Shown here piece by piece: positions 1 through 8,836 of a stretch of 64,000 nucleotides of DNA. Under the pieces are notes generated by a model. That model was not told where the DNA came from. It made no database searches and worked only from the letters and a program-made list of their open reading frames with translations. Source of the stretch: Oscillospiraceae bacterium (GTDB lineage Bacteria; Bacillota; Clostridia; Oscillospirales; CAG-272); contig SVSH01000003.1 of assembly GCA_015064395.1 (NCBI GenBank), positions 46,328 to 110,327 on the forward strand, written 5' to 3'. The first letter of the stretch is position 1; each line of letters begins with the position of its first letter. The translations under genes were made by a program, and so were the position numbers.

Positions 1-440
1 CTCCGGACATGGCCGGCGAGTCATTAAACACACTGATGATAGTCAGAACAGAATATTTTTGGCCGCCAAGCTCGACCACGTCATTTACCACACTAACACC
101 GATTCCCTCAAGCTCACCTTGGTTGTCCGAGGTCATAGCCTTGAGCTCTTCTTCGGTGTAATATTCGGCGTACATATCTCCCGTCGCTTCGACATAGGCC
201 TTCAGGACGGCAGTAACCAGCGTTTCTCGATCCAGATCCAAGACCGAGAGCTGCTCGAAGAAATAATCGATCAGATCAAGCTCAGGGAACGTCGAATCGG
301 ACGAGGAGTTATTGTTACCGAGGTTTCCCAACCCGCCATTATTCCCCATCAAGGCAAGTAAGCCGCAGGAGGACAGGCTGAGTGTCAGGACAAGAGCCAA
401 CAGGAGCAACGAAAATTGGAGTATCTTTTTGCGAAACATG
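1..440 (-). CDS. S41-family C-terminal processing (tail-specific) peptidase, N-terminal part; the gene continues past the window edge. Lipoprotein-type signal peptide
   Basis: Absent from the ORF track because there is no stop in the window. Manual minus-strand translation from ATG at 440 gives MFRKKILQFSLLLLALVLTLSLSSCG (lipobox LSSC), then ...DMYAEYYTEEELKAMTSDNQGELEGIGVSV...VFNDSPAMSG. This matches the Ctp-type GIG and PDZ-entry pattern. It displaces plus-strand ORF 59..361. Confidence 0.6.
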
Positions 441-593
441 ATTTACCTCTTTAATAATTGGGCTTCTGAAAAGGAATGACTACGCGGTCATTGTTAAAGT
501 GCCACATAAGATTCGTGCGGCAATAGCGGCAATCGACCGGCGCAATCGGTGCTGATGCCGCGGTTACGCCGGTGATGCTATTCAGTCAGAAAT

Positions 594-1679
594 TCAGAAT
601 TTAGAGGTCTTGGAGTCGAGATACTTCTTAACCATCAAGGCGACCTTGAAGGTGATGGCGTGTTCAAACTCACGCAGATCCAGGCCGGTCAGCTTGCGGA
701 TCTTTTCCAGGCGGTAAACCAGCGTATTGCGGTGAACGAACAGCTTACGAGAGGTCTCGGAAACGTTGAGGTTGTTCTCAAAGAAGCACTGGATGGTCAT
801 GAGCGTCTCACGGTCGAGCGACTCGAGGCTTCCCTTCTTGAAGACCTCCTGCAGGAACATCTCACACAGCGTCGTGGGCAGCTGATAGATCAGACGGCCG
901 ATGCCGAGATTTTCGTAATTGATGATATTCTTTTCGGTCTCGAATACCTTACCGACTTCCAGTGCGATCTGTGCTTCCTTATAGGCGCGGGCCAGATCCT
1001 TAATGTTATCAACGATGGTAGAGATACCGATCGAAACCTTGGTGTAAAATTCAGTGCTCAGGGTGTCCGCGATGTTGATCGCGATCTTTTCGATCTCCTT
1101 GGTGTCGGTGCCGGGCTTAATGTCCTTAACAAGAACGATGTCGCGCTCGCCTGCGCTGATGACGTAGTCGCGGGACTTGTCCGGGAACATATTCTGCAGC
1201 ATCTCAAAGGGCATCATATCCGTCTTGCCAAAGAACTTGATCAAAAAGACGATGCGCAGCTCCTCGGTATTGAAATGCAGCTCCTTGCTCTTGATATAAA
1301 TATCACTGGGAAGGATATTGTCCAGGATGATGTTTTTAATGAAAGAGCCCTTATCGTACTTTTCATCGTAGAGATTCTTGATATTGCTCAGCGAGATCGC
1401 CAGCAGCTTAGAGGTCTTGTCGGCGGTTTTGTCCTCGCCCTCGACAAAGACGATGTACTCAGGCTTCACATTTCCGCCGATGGGACGGTAGGTATAGCCA
1501 TTGTTGACCACAACGTCGGTGGTATATGCCAGCTCGTCGCGAACGCCCTGACGAATCTCACCAATCTTGACCAACTCGGAGCAAGAGATGATGACTCCGT
1601 TTTCGTCGATAATACCGATGACACGGTCAACCGCGTCCTTCATTTGGTGAATGACGCCTTGGAACAATCTGTTAGACAT
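594..1679 (-). CDS. PucR/CdaR-family transcriptional regulator with C-terminal PucR HTH
   Basis: 361 aa. The C-terminus ...NLNVSETSRKLFVHRNTLVYRLEKIRKLTGLDLREFE is the PucR-type HTH signature. ATG start with AAAGGGA SD. Confidence 0.75.
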   Translation of the reverse strand: MSNRLFQGVIHQMKDAVDRVIGIIDENGVIISCSELVKIGEIRQGVRDELAYTTDVVVNNGYTYRPIGGNVKPEYIVFVEGEDKTADKTSKLLAISLSNIKNLYDEKYDKGSFIKNIILDNILPSDIYIKSKELHFNTEELRIVFLIKFFGKTDMMPFEMLQNMFPDKSRDYVISAGERDIVLVKDIKPGTDTKEIEKIAINIADTLSTEFYTKVSIGISTIVDNIKDLARAYKEAQIALEVGKVFETEKNIINYENLGIGRLIYQLPTTLCEMFLQEVFKKGSLESLDRETLMTIQCFFENNLNVSETSRKLFVHRNTLVYRLEKIRKLTGLDLREFEHAITFKVALMVKKYLDSKTSKF

Positions 1680-1840
1680 AAATTTTCCCTTTCTGATGCA
1701 CTGATTTTGGAACGGTTTGTATATACTATCCTATATCATACACTATTTTTTGTGATTTTTCAATAGGGTTTTTGATTTTTTTTATAATTTTTTTCATTTT
1801 TTTTTGTTTATTTTATTGCAAACGCCTATGTGCACATTGA

Positions 1841-2596
1841 CTACAACTCAAATTCATACACCAATGCGCTCAAAACAAAACAGGAGGCCGTTTCCGTTCT
1901 GAGAATACGTGGTCCCAGGCCTGCAAGGCTTACACCCTTCTCCGTTGCCTTGTGCACCTCCGTCGCCGAGAAGCCACCTTCACTGCCAATGACAATGGAA
2001 ATGGAGGGGGGGCGATCTCGGGAAAGCGTCGGTAACTTGGCGTGAATCAGGGATTTGAGCGGAAGCGTCTCCTCACCTTCGTAGCAGAACAGGCAAAGAT
2101 CCGCCCGGCACGCCAGGTCAAGCATAGCATCAAAGGAAACGGTTTGCTGAACTGTAGGAAGAATGCCCCGCCCACACTGCTTCGCGGCCTCGCTTGCGAT
2201 GCGGAGGCGGCGCTCAGTCTTTCTCTCCTCGGCGTCCTGTTTGACGCGAACCACACAATGCTCGCTTTCAAACGGCACGATATGGCACACACCGCATTCG
2301 ACCGCCTTTTGTATGATCGTATCCATTTTATCCCCTTTGGGCAACGCCTGGTACAGCGTGATGGATATCGGAGGCTCCGTCTTCATAGGGGTTGCGCCCA
2401 CAATACGGGCGGTAACGACGCGGTCGTCCTCGAAGTGAACGAGCTCACAGTCATATTCCATATTTCCCATATCACACACCGTGATATGCTCGCCCGCTGC
2501 CATACGAAGCGATCGTGCAATATGATGGGCGTCGATGCCCTCAATGGTCACAAGGTCATCGGAGATTTGATGTTTTGCAACAAAAAAGCGCGGCAA
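1841..2596 (-). CDS. rsmE: 16S rRNA (uracil1498-N3)-methyltransferase RsmE
   Basis: PRFFV N-terminus, PUA-like domain and SPOUT C-terminus (IVIGSEGGFS...LGPRILRTETA). Start moved to TTG at 2596 (GGAAGGAG SD, 6-7 nt spacer), giving the canonical MPRFFV. The ORF-track ATG at 2638 is the alternative. Confidence 0.85.
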   Translation of the reverse strand: MPRFFVAKHQISDDLVTIEGIDAHHIARSLRMAAGEHITVCDMGNMEYDCELVHFEDDRVVTARIVGATPMKTEPPISITLYQALPKGDKMDTIIQKAVECGVCHIVPFESEHCVVRVKQDAEERKTERRLRIASEAAKQCGRGILPTVQQTVSFDAMLDLACRADLCLFCYEGEETLPLKSLIHAKLPTLSRDRPPSISIVIGSEGGFSATEVHKATEKGVSLAGLGPRILRTETASCFVLSALVYEFEL

Positions 2597-2841
2597 CGTG
2601 CTCACTCCTTCCGCGATCGATCTGATACTGTTTGACATTTTTCGGCATTTTGCCTTTTATCGGATTTGATTATACAACACTTTATCCAATTTGTCAAATG
2701 TTTTTTTGTACTTTTTGCTCTAAATTCAAACATTATTTACAAAATTGTCAATCGCGACACCATTATGACGAGCAAAATCAACGATGCAACATATACAAAA
2801 AGCACGCACATACAAAGACGTGCGCGCTTTTCTGTATAAAA

Positions 2842-3528
2842 TCATGCCATCATTCTTCGCTTCAGGGGTGGAATACGAAGCACGAGCAAGGCGATGATCG
2901 GTGTGATGATCATCTCCGGGATCATATAGCAGCCGTTATAGACAACGGAATACAGCAGTGCCAGCGAATTGCCGCTGAAGGTATTAAGCACCCACCGGCT
3001 GACCGCCAACTGGCCGATGGCATCGCCAAAGAACCATTCCGCCCAAGCGCCGTAGAAGATGGCGCCCGAGACAATGTGGCATACGTATCTTAACGTCAGC
3101 GCCAGGATGCTTCCCAGCACCAAGGCTTTGATCGGAGACATTTTTTTGCGGAAGATGCCGCCAAATCCCAGCACGGTATACGCCAGAATGTAGTCGATCA
3201 GGCAAATGGTAATGGCGATCGCTATGCTTCCCATATACGAATCACTATCGGGCGTGAACAGACCGACCACGGTGGAGTGCCCCAGCAACATCTGTATGAG
3301 CGAATAGACAAAGCCGGTTAGAAGCCCCCAGCGTGTACCGTAGAGATAGGCGATGAGAATAATAGGAAGCATGCCTGCGATGGTGATGCCACCGCCAAAG
3401 GGAAAGTTGAAGGGGGGGACGGGGATAAGCGAGCAGACGAAGGAGATGACCGTTGCCAGTGCGATCATCATGCCCGACTCGGTCAGTCTGCGGACGCGAG
3501 CGGACAGGTTGGGTTGTGTGTTTTGCAT
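2842..3528 (-). CDS. thiT: Energy-coupling-factor transporter S component ThiT (thiamine)
   Basis: Polytopic membrane protein directly downstream of a TPP riboswitch. Start set at ATG 3528 (MQNTQP...) behind GGAGGT SD. The ORF-track start at 3555 lies inside the attenuator hairpin. Confidence 0.8.
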   Translation of the reverse strand: MQNTQPNLSARVRRLTESGMMIALATVISFVCSLIPVPPFNFPFGGGITIAGMLPIILIAYLYGTRWGLLTGFVYSLIQMLLGHSTVVGLFTPDSDSYMGSIAIAITICLIDYILAYTVLGFGGIFRKKMSPIKALVLGSILALTLRYVCHIVSGAIFYGAWAEWFFGDAIGQLAVSRWVLNTFSGNSLALLYSVVYNGCYMIPEMIITPIIALLVLRIPPLKRRMMA

Positions 3529-3540
3529 AGTTACCTCCAA

Positions 3541-3571
3541 AAAATTAAACCGCACGAAAACTCCGTGCGGT
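3541..3571 (-). terminator. Intrinsic terminator (attenuator) forming the expression platform of the TPP riboswitch
   Basis: Minus strand reads ACCGCACGGAGTTTTCGTGCGGTTTAATTTTTT. It sits between the aptamer and the thiT SD. Confidence 0.75.
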
Positions 3572-3595
3572 AAATTCCTTGGATGTTATCCATCT

Positions 3596-3700
3596 GTGAT
3601 GGTACACTGAAAAAATCTCCCTACGCCGGCATTATCCGTATCAGGTTAAGGGTTCAAGACTTGCATCTTATCTCAGCCGATTGCTCAGCACCCCTGTTTT
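3596..3700 (-). promoter_or_regulatory. TPP (THI-box) riboswitch aptamer
   Basis: Minus strand reads GGGGTGCTGAGCAATCGGCTGAGATAAGATGCAAGTCTTGAACCCTTAACCTGATACGGATAATGCCGGCGTAGGGA. It contains the conserved CUGAGA and ACCUGAU-GGAUAAUGCC-GCG elements. Confidence 0.9.
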
Positions 3701-3722
3701 TATGCGGTTTTGATGTGACCCT

Positions 3723-3751
3723 ATTATACCGCTTCCCTCCCTCGTTGTCAA
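3723..3751 (-). promoter_or_regulatory. Sigma-A-type promoter for the riboswitch-thiT transcript
   Basis: Minus strand TTGACA (3751..3746), 17 nt spacer, TATAAT (3728..3723). Confidence 0.65.
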
Positions 3752-3787
3752 GTGGTAAAAAAATTTTTTATTTTTATTCGAGATACC

Positions 3788-3816
3788 TTGACAGGCGAGG
3801 TACTTTGTGTTACAAT
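3788..3816 (+). promoter_or_regulatory. Sigma-A-type promoter for the padR operon
   Basis: TTGACA 3788..3793, 17 nt spacer ending in TGT (extended -10), TACAAT 3811..3816. Confidence 0.65.
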
Positions 3817-3848
3817 GGATATGCAATCCACAAGAAAGGAGTTCTGAT

Positions 3849-4190
3849 ATGTCTATCACAGCCGATTTGATTCGCGGACACACAGATGCCATCATACTAG
3901 CGCATCTGTTAGAACGCGATAGCTACGGATACGAGATCAACAAGGCTATTTTAGAGCAGACGGAGCATCGCTACGAGCTCAAGGAAGCCACTCTGTATAC
4001 CGCCTTCCGCCGCTTGGAGGACGCCGGGTACATTGCTTCCTACTGGGGCAACGAAACCGTCGGTGCACGCAGAAAATACTACACCCTCACCCAAGCGGGG
4101 AGATCTGCTTTTGAAGAACAACAAACCGCTTGGAAAAACGCCAGGGACATGATTAATAAACTAATGAAGACGGAGGAACATCTGATATGA
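3849..4190 (+). CDS. PadR-family transcriptional regulator
   Basis: ...AIILAHLLERDSYGYEINKAI...EATLYTAFRRLEDAGYIASYW...RRKYYTLTQAGR is the PadR winged-helix signature. Start at ATG 3849 behind AAGGAG. Confidence 0.85.
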   Translation: MSITADLIRGHTDAIILAHLLERDSYGYEINKAILEQTEHRYELKEATLYTAFRRLEDAGYIASYWGNETVGARRKYYTLTQAGRSAFEEQQTAWKNARDMINKLMKTEEHLI

Positions 4191-4861
4191 GTGAAGTTTC
4201 CATGGAATCGCGCATTCACGCGCATATTGATAGTCTTTTTTCCGGCATCGCTCCCGATGCCCGTGTCAGCGAGGTCAAAATGGAGCTGTACATGAACACG
4301 GTCGATCGTTATCACGACTTGCTGACCGAAGGAAAAACGCCGGAAGATGCCTTCCGCGGTGCGACCGAGCGTATCGGCGACGTGCAGGAGATCCTGGCGT
4401 CGGTCGGTGTTCCCGTAGCGCCTCAAAAGCAAGTGAACTCTGACAAAAAGAAAAACAACCCAAAGGGTAAAACTCGCAAAAAGATCTTGCGAAATCAGGG
4501 CTGTCACATCATCACTATGCTGATGCTATGCCTTTACTTCATCCTCAGCTTCGCCACCTCCGCCTGGCACATCACCTGGCTCATCTTTTTGATCCTTCCC
4601 GCCATGGAGAACGTATACTGTGCCATCATCGACATCGTATATGCCAAAGCGCCCGATACCCCGTACGTAGCCGACCCGGAGACCAAAAAGCTGCACAATA
4701 ATCTCAGCGGCGCGATCTGGCTGATCGTTTTGATCGTCTATTTCATCGTCAGCTTTACCTTCTCCCATTGGCACCTGACCTGGCTGATCTTCCTCTTAGG
4801 ATCGGCCGCGCAGAGTCTGATGTTCATCCTTTTGACGCTCTTGACAAGAAAGGAGAAATGA
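4187..4861 (+). CDS. Membrane protein with an N-terminal soluble 'permease prefix'/DUF1700-like domain and four TM helices that form an internal duplication
   Basis: ATGA overlap with the padR stop. Two repeated helix pairs: ...YFILSFATSAWHITWLIFLILPA... and ...YFIVSFTFSHWHLTWLIFLLGSA... Confidence 0.6.
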   Translation: MSEVSMESRIHAHIDSLFSGIAPDARVSEVKMELYMNTVDRYHDLLTEGKTPEDAFRGATERIGDVQEILASVGVPVAPQKQVNSDKKKNNPKGKTRKKILRNQGCHIITMLMLCLYFILSFATSAWHITWLIFLILPAMENVYCAIIDIVYAKAPDTPYVADPETKKLHNNLSGAIWLIVLIVYFIVSFTFSHWHLTWLIFLLGSAAQSLMFILLTLLTRKEK

Positions 4862-4862
4862 T

Positions 4863-5801
4863 ATGAGAAGAAACGCCATTGTTCGTCTATGTATCTGGTC
4901 GGTCATCGCCGTCTCGCTCATCGGCTTACTGGCTACCTGGTTCATCAACAACACCAATATTTTTCAATCGGGAGGTACTTCATTTATGTCCATTGGCCTA
5001 TCGTCATACCGCTATAAAAACGCTGACCGCTATACCGCCGGTAATGCTGAATTTTCCGATCAGGTAACCTCACTGGATATCGACTGGATCAGCGGAAGCG
5101 TTACCGTCCTTTCCTATGACGGCGACACGGTACGAATCCGCGAGGATGGGGATATTATCGATCCCGATTATCAGGTTCATTGGTTTTTGGGAGGTGGTAA
5201 GCTACACATCAAATATACTGCCAGCAAATTTTTCTTCCGCACCCCACAGAACAAAAACCTGACCGTGGAAATTCCGAGTGGCATGGCTCGCTATCTTTCG
5301 TCGGTGGAGATTGATGTCGTTTCTGCCTCTGTTGAACTGCGCGAAATCAAAACAAACGAATTGAAGCTTGAAAGCGTTAGCGGCGGCATCAACCTCGAAA
5401 AAATCGCCGCAAACTCTTTGAACCTGGATACCGTCAGCGGCGCCATTACAGCGACCAATCTGAACGTACCTCTGATCGACGTAGATACGGTCAGCGGAGA
5501 GATATCTCTTTCAGGCCAGATCGGACAGGGCTCGGTCGATACCACCTCCGGCGACGTCACGCTAAGTAGCAATTTTCCGTTCGAAGCTCTCGATCTTGAA
5601 ACCGTCAGTGGGGATGTTACCCTGATCTGCCCCCTAAATGCTCTAAATGACGGCTGTCGCATCGTCTTTGAGTCGGTCAGCGGAGATATCGAATCCGAAC
5701 TTCCCCTCAAGAAAAACGGTAACAATTACACCTTCGGCTCGGGAAAGTTCATATATAACTTTGACGGTGTCAGCGGCGATCTCTTTATCAAGCAGCCCTG
5801 A
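4863..5801 (+). CDS. DUF4097-family (LiaG-like, putative beta-helical) membrane-anchored protein
   Basis: N-terminal TM helix followed by repeated (D/E)TVSG(D/A)I(T/S)L units. AGGAG SD 7 nt upstream. Confidence 0.7.
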   Translation: MRRNAIVRLCIWSVIAVSLIGLLATWFINNTNIFQSGGTSFMSIGLSSYRYKNADRYTAGNAEFSDQVTSLDIDWISGSVTVLSYDGDTVRIREDGDIIDPDYQVHWFLGGGKLHIKYTASKFFFRTPQNKNLTVEIPSGMARYLSSVEIDVVSASVELREIKTNELKLESVSGGINLEKIAANSLNLDTVSGAITATNLNVPLIDVDTVSGEISLSGQIGQGSVDTTSGDVTLSSNFPFEALDLETVSGDVTLICPLNALNDGCRIVFESVSGDIESELPLKKNGNNYTFGSGKFIYNFDGVSGDLFIKQP

Positions 5802-5805
5802 TGCT

Positions 5806-5845
5806 AACAGAAATGGCCCTGCCTCACGGCAGGGCCATTTCTGTT
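5806..5845. terminator. Bidirectional hairpin between the convergent DUF4097 gene and comEC
   Basis: AACAGAAATGGCCCTGCC-TCAC-GGCAGGGCCATTTCTGTT. It overlaps the comEC stop. Confidence 0.6.
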
Positions 5846-8220
5846 GGTTCGTCTCCCAAAATGAGACGGGCGTGCCGCAGGACCACACTCATGTCGGGCG
5901 ATGGTTCGATAGCGGCCGACACGTTGCCGTTTGCAAACAGTACAAGCTCGGGCAGATTTGACCATTCGGTCAAGGAGTAGGTGGATTTGATCACGGGGCC
6001 GTGGCAGGCGAACAAAAGTGCGTCAGCGGAAGAAAGAGACGAAAATACGTCATCCGAAAGCTCCGATTCCCAGGACGATGCCCCCAGCCACACCAAGGAG
6101 CCAACTTCCCCGTCTTTCTTTCCGTATTGCCACGTCATGGACACGGTAGGATGAGTCGAGCGCTTTAACATAGAAAAATACAGCCGGTCAAGAGACAGCG
6201 ATGGTGTCACGTCAGCGCCCTTTGTCGGCAGATAATAGCGCACCTCGACTCGCCTCTCCTTGGCAAGTGCGGCAATGGCACGGAGATTGCCCTCGTCCTT
6301 GATCGCTTTTTGCTGATCGGTATGAGGCATGGTCAAGGGCAACCATATGGTGCGCACACGGATGTTACCCAAAAGCTTATATACGGTAGATATGTGGCGG
6401 TTGTGATAATGCGTGAGCACGAGGGATTCGATCTCCGTGGTACCTTCGGGAAGGCGCTCGGATAGAAACTCACGATAAACAGTGTAACTACCGTCCGTAA
6501 CGTCACATACCACCGTTCCCTCCTCGCCAAACAAGCAAAGGAGCTCGTTACTTTTGTTTGACACATAGCTTGCCTGCCAAGTGCCGGCAGACTGCCAGCG
6601 GCTCACGCAAATACAGACAACGAATACTGCTATCCACGCGCCCATAACGCCAAAGAAGCGTTTGGGATGCTTCCAACGGGGCAAGAGAAAGAACAAAAGT
6701 AAAATAACCAGTGCGAAAAGTAAAGCGCTCACAAAAGAATAGCGCAACGAGATGACAGCGCCCCTGATATCACTCAGTCGCTGTGCAAGATGAAGCATCG
6801 TTGATGCAACGGCGTGTAATATCTCTGCGATGCCTGCCGAAAGAAACGCTAAAAATGAGCTCGCACCTCCCAAATAAGACAGCGGAAAATAACACAGTCC
6901 CAGGGCAAGTATGATGGCGGTCAGAGGCGTCAGTGCCAAATTGGATATAGGAGACAAAAGTGAGGTTTCCCCAAAGATGAGTGCCATAGGAAGCAGAAGG
7001 AAAAACAAAACGACACAAGAGATCAAAAGCGGCTCCAACAAGTAACGCCAGAGTGCACGGATGAGGGGTGGTAATTGGGACGCTTCCTTTTGCTTATCCC
7101 GGCGAAGCAGAGCGGGAATGACTGCGATCAACACAAAGGTGGCCATAACACTCAACCAAAGGCCGGCATCGTAAACGGCCCCGGGATCGACCGTCAATGT
7201 GACACCCAGAAATAGAGATAGTGACGTCAACGAGTCATGAGGGCAACCACGCAAGCGGGAGAGATACAGACAAAGGAGCATGACCGTCGCGCGGAGCAAG
7301 GAGATGCTAAAGCCGGTCAATGCTGAAAAGCCAATCGCAACCAAGGACAACAGAACCATGCGGACATAAAACGGACAGCGGAAAAAGGACAATATTGATG
7401 AAAGGATCAAAACAATGAGAGACAAATGAAGGCCGCTGAGCGCAAGCAAATGAGACGCCCCCGCACGGCGAAAATCAAGCGTGGTCGTATTCGACAGCTC
7501 GCTTTTCGTCCCTAACAACAGAGCAGACACAAGCCTTCCCTCTTCACCACCCACTTCAAACGCGATACGGTCAGAGAGACGATATTGTAATCGGGAAAGC
7601 CATTGTGTCAATACAAAGGTTCCGCGCTGTAGGCTTTCGTAGTCGGCCGGGTCTTGCACATATCCGACAAGAGTATAGCCCTCTGCCTGCAACCGTCGGC
7701 GGACGGAGGCTTCCTCCGGCGCATCGGTCACGGTGTAGATGGTCATCTTAGCACAAAAGAGGTCGCCGATACCAGCGTCGTACTCACCGGACAAATTGAC
7801 GTAAGTTTTGGCGGTGTTCTTTTGTATGCCGTGAGCATCAGGCAGATCAATATGAGCGCCGACGCAACTTAAATAATTGCTGTAATACTCCTCGGAAACG
7901 ATCTTACCCGTTACAGTGACAGGTTGATCTTCATGCTCAGAAGCGAAGTTCTGTGCCGGACGAATCTCCCGATATTCATGGAGGGTAGCAGAGGCTGTTC
8001 CGATAAACAAAGCCAAGGACAAAAAGAAGAGATAAAACAGGCGGTATTTCCACGGACGAAACAGAAAGGCGGCAACGAGCAACGAAAGGCTCACTGCAAG
8101 CGATACACCCATTCCGATCATCAGCTCGGTCATATTAAGTGCATAGCAAACATAGATTGCCGCCACGATGCTAAGCAACCAGCAAAATGAAGCCAAAGGC
8201 CGCGCCCGTCCGATCCCCAT
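5824..8220 (-). CDS. comEC: DNA internalization-related competence protein ComEC/Rec2 (competence domain plus metallo-beta-lactamase domain)
   Basis: 798 aa. Polytopic core with ...FRRAGASHLLALSGLHLSLIV... and a C-terminal ...VLTHYHNRHI... MBL motif. Confidence 0.85.
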   Translation of the reverse strand: MGIGRARPLASFCWLLSIVAAIYVCYALNMTELMIGMGVSLAVSLSLLVAAFLFRPWKYRLFYLFFLSLALFIGTASATLHEYREIRPAQNFASEHEDQPVTVTGKIVSEEYYSNYLSCVGAHIDLPDAHGIQKNTAKTYVNLSGEYDAGIGDLFCAKMTIYTVTDAPEEASVRRRLQAEGYTLVGYVQDPADYESLQRGTFVLTQWLSRLQYRLSDRIAFEVGGEEGRLVSALLLGTKSELSNTTTLDFRRAGASHLLALSGLHLSLIVLILSSILSFFRCPFYVRMVLLSLVAIGFSALTGFSISLLRATVMLLCLYLSRLRGCPHDSLTSLSLFLGVTLTVDPGAVYDAGLWLSVMATFVLIAVIPALLRRDKQKEASQLPPLIRALWRYLLEPLLISCVVLFFLLLPMALIFGETSLLSPISNLALTPLTAIILALGLCYFPLSYLGGASSFLAFLSAGIAEILHAVASTMLHLAQRLSDIRGAVISLRYSFVSALLFALVILLLFFLLPRWKHPKRFFGVMGAWIAVFVVCICVSRWQSAGTWQASYVSNKSNELLCLFGEEGTVVCDVTDGSYTVYREFLSERLPEGTTEIESLVLTHYHNRHISTVYKLLGNIRVRTIWLPLTMPHTDQQKAIKDEGNLRAIAALAKERRVEVRYYLPTKGADVTPSLSLDRLYFSMLKRSTHPTVSMTWQYGKKDGEVGSLVWLGASSWESELSDDVFSSLSSADALLFACHGPVIKSTYSLTEWSNLPELVLFANGNVSAAIEPSPDMSVVLRHARLILGDEPTEMALP

Positions 8221-8332
8221 AACGTTCTCCTTTCGTCGATTTTTTATATCATATCATAGAGGTGTTGAAAAATCAAGTATTGTGTCGATTTCTGTATATC
8301 ATCGATAGGAGAAAATATTTTTTCGTTTGCTA

Positions 8333-8361
8333 TTGACTTTTTTGCCTATTCTCGGTATAAT
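8333..8361 (+). promoter_or_regulatory. Sigma-A-type promoter for tRNA(CAU)
   Basis: TTGACT 8333..8338, 17 nt spacer, TATAAT 8356..8361. Confidence 0.65.
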
Positions 8362-8388
8362 GGTTAGGCGTTCCAACGGATCGCTCAC

Positions 8389-8465
8389 GGGCCATTAGCT
8401 CAGTTGGTTAGAGCCACCGGCTCATAACCGGTCGGTCCGGGGTTCGAGCCCCTGATGGCCCACCA
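8389..8465 (+). tRNA. tRNA with anticodon CAU (Met, or Ile2 if lysidine-modified); CCA encoded
   Basis: Manual cloverleaf: acceptor GGGCCAT/ATGGCCC, D stem GCTC/GAGC, anticodon stem ACCGG/CCGGT with loop CTCATAA, T arm CGGGG-TTCGAGC-CCCTG. The body resembles Ile-type tRNAs, so Met versus Ile2 cannot be settled by eye. Confidence 0.9.
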
Positions 8466-8470
8466 AAAAA

Positions 8471-8507
8471 GGCAATATCCGAACACCGTTTGGATATTGC
8501 CTTTTTT
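8471..8507 (+). terminator. Intrinsic terminator after tRNA(CAU)
   Basis: GGCAATATCC...GGATATTGCC followed by TTTTTT. Confidence 0.8.
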
Positions 8508-8616
8508 CGATGAACGAGAAAGGCTCGAGCCCCGCAATAAGCAAAATGTAGATTTTGCTTATTGCATTGCGTGCGAGCACACCACGTTTTCAAATTTTGA
8601 TACACTATACCGCACG

Positions 8617-8647
8617 CAGGGGTTCGAGTTCCCCTGATGGCCCACCA
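8617..8647 (+). repeat. Duplicated 3' portion (T arm plus acceptor 3' strand plus CCA) of the upstream tRNA(CAU)
   Basis: CAGGGGTTCGAGTTCCCCTGATGGCCCACCA against tRNA 8439..8465 GGGGTTCGAGCCCCTGATGGCCCACCA. Identical except for a 2-nt TT insertion in the T loop. No 5' half is present. Confidence 0.85.
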
Positions 8648-8652
8648 AAAAA

Positions 8653-8685
8653 GAAAAGACCGCCATAGCGGTCTTTTCTTTTTTG
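8653..8685 (+). terminator. Second intrinsic terminator, directly after the tRNA 3' fragment
   Basis: GAAAAGACCGC-CATA-GCGGTCTTTTC followed by TTTTTT. Confidence 0.75.
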
Positions 8686-8836
8686 TGCCCTTTCGGGACG
8701 AGATCCTGCGCTCGTGCGATAGCGCGGGGGCGATTTTCTTTCATTTTTTTGTCAAAAAATTTAAGCATACTACTTCCAAAATGAAGCAATCTGTGGTATA
8801 CTGTATCCAATCACATAAAGAAAGGATGTAACCTTT

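Noticed and set aside
59-361. 100-aa plus-strand ORF at the left edge
   Set aside because: The minus strand here encodes the N-terminus of an S41 peptidase with signal peptide and lipobox, which explains the open frame.
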